A stretch of 64,000 nucleotides of DNA from Raillietiella orientalis (taxonomy: Eukaryota): positions 3,286,001 through 3,350,000 of the forward strand of contig JAYWIR010000007.1 in assembly GCA_036172245.1 (NCBI GenBank), in the 5' to 3' direction. The notes under the pieces were generated by a model. It searched no databases, was not told where the DNA came from, and saw only the letters and a list, made by a program, of their open reading frames with translations. The number at the start of each line of letters is the position of its first letter. Position 1 is the first letter of the stretch. Positions 58,801-64,000 of the stretch are shown one piece after another. A program made the position numbers and the translations under genes.

Positions 58801-61543
58801 AGAATGCCGCCTGAACACACTGTCAGCAACAACTTCATACAAATTCAAGAAACAAAATAACAAGCATCTCAGGGGTGAAAGCAAAAAATAGAAAAAAATA
58901 GAAAAATAGAAATCTGCACTCAGTAAAACTTCAGTAAAGTGTCGAAGACTTGAGAATTCGCTCCGCACAGCAAGCTGCTCAGTGCTGAAATTGTTCCAAG
59001 AAATTTTTATCAGGACTTGCATCCACACATCTCCAAGGGAAACACCATCCGACAAACCCGCGCTTTGCCAACAAGCGAGGATTCCTTTAGCGATGAAGAA
59101 AGCGAGCGGTGATGTCAGATGCCAGCACAAAAAAAAAAAAAAAAAAAAGCTCCGGGACTCTGCTTGCTGCTTGCTTTCTGTGTGTGTTGCAGGGCATATT
59201 GGTATCACACCATCAGTTCATCTGGCTATTATCTCTAGGTGTGCAGGAAGCGGGGAAACCTGCGATGCGCTAATCGGTCCATCAGCCCTTAATGAAACCA
59301 ATAATAGGAAAGGAACATGTCAGATGGTTTTGATAAAGTAATAGTTGCAGAGTGAGGGCACCTTAACGTACCCCATGCAACGCTGGAAATGGTGTCGGGT
59401 TTGCAACGTTGTTTACAACCTGTGGAGCGCGTTGCCGGCTTTCTTTCCCGTTTGCGCACCAAAGCCAGGCTTGGTAGCTTCACGGGATGCGATGGGAGCG
59501 GACGGAAACGGATGATTCCATCGCATCAGGAGGTTTTCTCAGAAGACAATTCTTCCGTTTCCTGCCAGACGAGGTGCACTGCAGCAGGCTGCTGATCCAT
59601 GATGGTGGTCGCTGGCTCACTCGCTGCTGCGCATCGCAACGCTTGGCACGGGTTTTAGATGAAATGGTGATGCTTCCACGATGAGAGTTCGAGAACATTC
59701 CCTGGATCTGTAGGTAGAAAAAATCTCAGCAGAGTAGCAGATTCCTTCTTTTCCTTTTGTGCAGTTGAAGTTGAGCGGAGAAGTCCCTAGAGCGAAAGCA
59801 CTTGGTCAAGTCCTCGTCGTTCTTTAGGAAGAGTGAAGACCCATGGAAACATGGACCTTTTTTTCTTTTTTACAGTGAATCGATGCACCGATGAATAAAT
59901 TTCCATCTAAGTTTGTGGAGTCGGCAAAATTAAAAAAAAAAAAACGCACCCAGCCCTCAAAGCAACCAGATGAAGGTTGATTATTGAAAATGTAAACTTC
60001 TTGAAATTGAGCATAAATCTTCTCCGGAGCATGGGAAAATTAGCATGTTTTTGAAATGCACCCTCTGAACCAGAAAGCCGCACGATTTGGAGGCTGGGAG
60101 CTCATGCAGAAACAAACCAGCGGGATCGACCAAAAGGGATGGAGAACACAAATGAAGATGGCATACAGGATGCCAGAAGCAGATAGTGCATTTCGCTTCC
60201 TGCAAAAAGCAGCCAAGAGCTTTTTGGTGCCCCTTTTTCCTCCTCTTTTTGCACTTCAATTTCCTTGTTAATCTCTGTTCGCAAATGCGGATTCTGTTCC
60301 TGCCAACAGGTGGACGAGAAACGGCTGTTGTTGCAGCATGCGGCTCTTGGAAACGGATGCCAGGATCGAAGCTGCCACAGCAACGGAAAGCAAAGCAAGA
60401 AGACCCTTCTCGTGTAGAGCACGATCTTTCAAAGGGAGAAACTCGTTTCTCTTGGAATTTCTTGCAAGCATTCTTCTCGTTTGTGTTTCTTAAGCCGAGT
60501 GGACATGCGGCTGCTTAAAGCAGGAACGGTTTAGGTCATTTTCAGTTTGTGCGCCTCTCGATGAAGTTCCTCCCCTGACCTGTCCATTGATTTTCCTTCT
60601 TAATCTGCCCAGATTCCGACCGTCTGTTGAATGGATGTTTGGTAGCATAAAATCACATGAAAAGGGAATGCAGATCATCTCGTCTTAGGTTCTTTACTCT
60701 GGAAATCCAAGCACGTTTTCTAAAGTTTGAATTTTCACGATGGCAGACATGAATCCCGTGTAATCCCCTTAGAAGGGAAATGAGGGGAAAAAAAAAAAAA
60801 ATCCGGGTATTACGTGTAGAGTAAACTTTTCTGAAACTTCAATTTGATAATTGCTTTCTCCTAATGTTGCTCGCTTGTCCTTGCCTTCTCAACAAATTGG
60901 GAGTCTATTTTGAAAACTGAAAGCCTCGCTTTTGAGCGCTCATCATCTGCTCAGTTCCATTTGTGTGTTGCACACACGTGGAAACTCTGCAAACTTTTCC
61001 TTCTTCCTGTACGGACTTGCTTGACCGTATAAGGTACGTGGCACTCTGCAATTTTTCATGTTCGTTGTATTGGTCAAATGGATCCATTCGAAGCCTAGAG
61101 AGTCCACTCGGACTTCCGAGAAAATTCCCCGTTCCTTATCCGGTGGTCATCTCCAGCAGTGATCGGAACATTCCATTGACGTTGTACTTGCAGCTAGACA
61201 CGTGAAGAACAAACATTCCAAAAGAGAAACTCGGATTTCCTGTGTGTTTTTCGATTTTTCCTGCATCCACACTGTATTACGAGGAACAGCTTCGCACATT
61301 TCGCCTCCCATCGCCCCCCTTACAGCGTTGGCACGCAGCGAAAATTGAATTCTGAAACGTCTCCCTCTTGAGACCGTGAATGCTGCATATGTTGCACTTT
61401 GACCCCTCAGGGGAAAGAAGCGTGAAACAACCAAAATGTTCAAAAGTCAACTTCGTGACGCTTAGCCAAAGAAGCAAGAAATCAATTCAAAAACGGCGCT
61501 TCAGTTTTTATTCCTGGTTAGCCAGGGAATTCAGTCGTTCATT

Positions 61544-61570
61544 TTCTTCTTCTTCTTCTTCTTCTTCTTC
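61544..61570. repeat. (TTC)n microsatellite
   Basis: About nine tandem TTC units. Confidence 0.9.
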
Positions 61571-63523
61571 AAAAGAAAGACTTGTTTGTACAAAGCGTCG
61601 ATGCCAGAGGAAATGCCGTCATAAAATGCCAACTGACACTGTTCTTTCAGAATCAGAATTTAGCTGGTGCTTGCAAAACACACACACTATTTTGTTAAGT
61701 ATCCAGATGAAGGCGTGTAGATGAGCAACTTGTGGAAGCATTTTCGTGTGACATCACCCTCTATAGAACTTTAGAGCCGCACATGTATAAGGTTTCTCCC
61801 TAAGGCATAAACAGACGGGTGTACGACATGAGCCGCAAAAAAATCTGTATCTTCCTACTTCAAGCACCACTGAATATCAGCATTTGTTTCCTCTTTTCTT
61901 GCAGGCCATACATTCAAAGCAGTGCTGAGCAAGTTTTCAAGCTGTAATCTTTTACATTTCCTAATACACGCGCAGCTGTTCTTGAACCTGCGTGTACACC
62001 GAATCGATTATGGATCTTTGACCCTTAGACGATACCGCAGAAGAGCTTGTTTGGGATGCGGAATCAAAGTACACGAACAAATTTCCGTCACGGAAAATGT
62101 CAACGCAGTATATCGTATGAACTCATCGTTGTATATCAATCGAGATGCGTACTCGATGCATGGAAACGGCAAGTTGTAGAAAAAAAGATCTGATCCAAAA
62201 GCTTTTTGCCATCTTCCGCGGCGTGCAAGCGAATCACCGTTCTCTGTAGATCACTCTGTGGATGCTCCCTTGCTGAACCCTGATGGATTTCCACATGGCA
62301 TCTAATGAGGCGCACCTGTCGTGCATTTGGGAAGTCGTCGCAATGAACAACGCCACCCGAAACATCAGAGACTATCTGGGTGGTTAACAAATCTCTTCGG
62401 CTTCGAGTAGTTCCTACATTCTTCCCCCGCATTTCCTTTCCAGCTCGTTTTCACCAGCACGAAAGAGTTCTGCCCCCCTCCCCCATTGACGGGGGTGGGC
62501 AGAACGAAAACCATCGCACCACTTGAATATCCCACGGGCACAAAAAAGAAGCAACTGGCAGCAAACTAGGATGCAGCCTCCGCTGGAGAAGAAAAACAGC
62601 AGCAGCAGCAAAAAAAAAAAAACAGATATTCGCATGCTAAAAGTCGATAGTGAGGCGCACATGAATTTTCCATGCATCTTTTTTCATCGTAAACTGTCGA
62701 CGTGTAAAATCCCGTATTTAAAAAAGCGGTAGCAACAGCCTGTCAGCTCACGTTTGCACGCATCAGAAGCAGTGTTGATTGCATTCGGAAGGAGGCTTTT
62801 GCTCTCCGAGCCGTTCTACGTGCTGAATGTATGAAGAGCACTGGAAAGCACAGTCAGTGCAACATCCTGATCAGTGCTACTGAAATGCCCCGTCTGCTGC
62901 TCTTAATACAATGTGGCATCTATTGAGAATGAGGCGAACAGAGTGCCTCATGAAGTTCACGAGACTCCGATGGAGCAAGCCAAGAAAAAAAAAATAACGA
63001 TAACCGCGCGAATATTTATTTATTTATTTTTCCTTCACATCTGGAAACTTCTGGAGAGAGAAAAAAAAAAACACCGCCTTTGAGCCTCATTCGTTTTTGC
63101 AAGCTGCTGAAAACGATAGGTCCTGGCATGCTGAACGTCAGCTGTATTTCTGGATAGAAGGGTCCACTTGAGGTGTCACTGGAGTAAACCGTGTCTCAGA
63201 ATACATTCCTGGTCCACGCTTAAAGGAAAAACCAAGAAAAAAAAAAAAGGATTTGCTGTCCTCCGTGTTTCCTTGACAAATCCGTTTTCTTCGGTATACA
63301 GAGATAAACACAGCTGCGGTTCCGAATGCACGTTGATGTCAAGGAACTTCGGCTCACGGTCTTGGGATTCTTTCCTCTTCAGAAGGTTTTCTTCAGTCCA
63401 CCCCCGGGATCGTTTCCCCTCTACATTCCATTCAACACTAAATACACCTCTTCCAAAAGTGTAAAAATCTATCATTACTTCGTTCCCTGATTTATCTAGA
63501 GTTCACCTTTTTTCTTTTTTTTT

Positions 63524-63836
63524 TACGAGGCGCATCTCAAAAGTAAGAGCCGATCGGACATAAAGAAAGAACAAATGAGAGAAACGAAATTCTGAACACG
63601 TGCATCCCCGTGTGATTTTTCTACGTAGTCACCATTTTTTTTTTTTTCTCCAAACATGGAAGTGGAAGAAGGTTTTTCAAACCCCCTGCATCAAGTTCCG
63701 CCGCCTGGGAGCTCAGCCAGCTCAGCACTGCAGCTTTCAACTCCTCACTTTCCCCCTCGAGTCATTGAGCCGCCTCTTGAGCTGCAGGAAGGAAGACGTG
63801 GTGGCCACTGGGCGCGAGGTGAGGACTGTAAAGTGA
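63524..63836 (+). mobile_element. Mariner-like element 5' end (TA + TIR + decayed transposase N-terminal HTH)
   Basis: TA-cgaggcgcatctcaaaagtaag resembles mariner TIR starts. Downstream CIKFRRLGAQPAQHCSFQLLTFPLESLSR...GREV resembles the QRxCIKFCxKLG..AFG...LSR...GRES mariner N-terminus. Confidence 0.55.
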
Positions 63837-64000
63837 GTGGGTGATCAAAACGTTTGCATTTGAATTTCCGAATTTCCTGGAACGTGCGCGGACAGCAGTG
63901 CGTGGGGCCAAGAGGGTGTGCTTTCGGTACACTCGATGGGGCCTGGAACAACCGTCAGTTCGCAAGTCGACTGGGGAACACTTGCAGCACCGCGGCGTGC

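Noticed and set aside
57200..60500. Scattered exon-like segments
   Set aside because: Could not be joined into a consistent frame or a recognisable protein.
1..64000. CRISPR arrays, rRNA, intact tRNA, operons or prokaryotic defence systems
   Set aside because: No repeat-spacer periodicity or rRNA signature seen. The genes have spliceosomal introns.

Overview
Eukaryotic, intron-rich animal DNA, most likely invertebrate/arthropod-like (inferred from gene content, not proven). It is not prokaryotic, so most long six-frame ORFs are spurious. Two spliced genes were reconstructed by hand and they converge. (1) A Venus kinase receptor on + (about 22.3/22.9 kb to 35011, about 20 exons) with Venus flytrap module, single TM and insulin-receptor-like tyrosine kinase, preceded by an extra ~300 aa N-terminal domain that looks like a type-II periplasmic solute-binding fold. 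(2) An apparently intact 9-exon glycerol kinase 5 on - (46858 to 39664, 519 aa) that needs a 44-nt GC-AG intron and has left two decayed duplicates nearby. The rest is mostly transposon debris: several DIRS-like remnants, a BEL/Pao-like remnant, a mariner 5' end, a three-copy tRNA-headed SINE-like family, a near-identical 567-bp direct duplication and several hairpins. There is also a nest of Tx1/L1-like LINEs in which two diverged antisense insertions have perfect 14-15 bp target-site duplications and share a 3'-terminal GCCCCGG-loop-CCCGGGTGAAAA hairpin. All family calls rest on motif recognition by eye, with no database searches.
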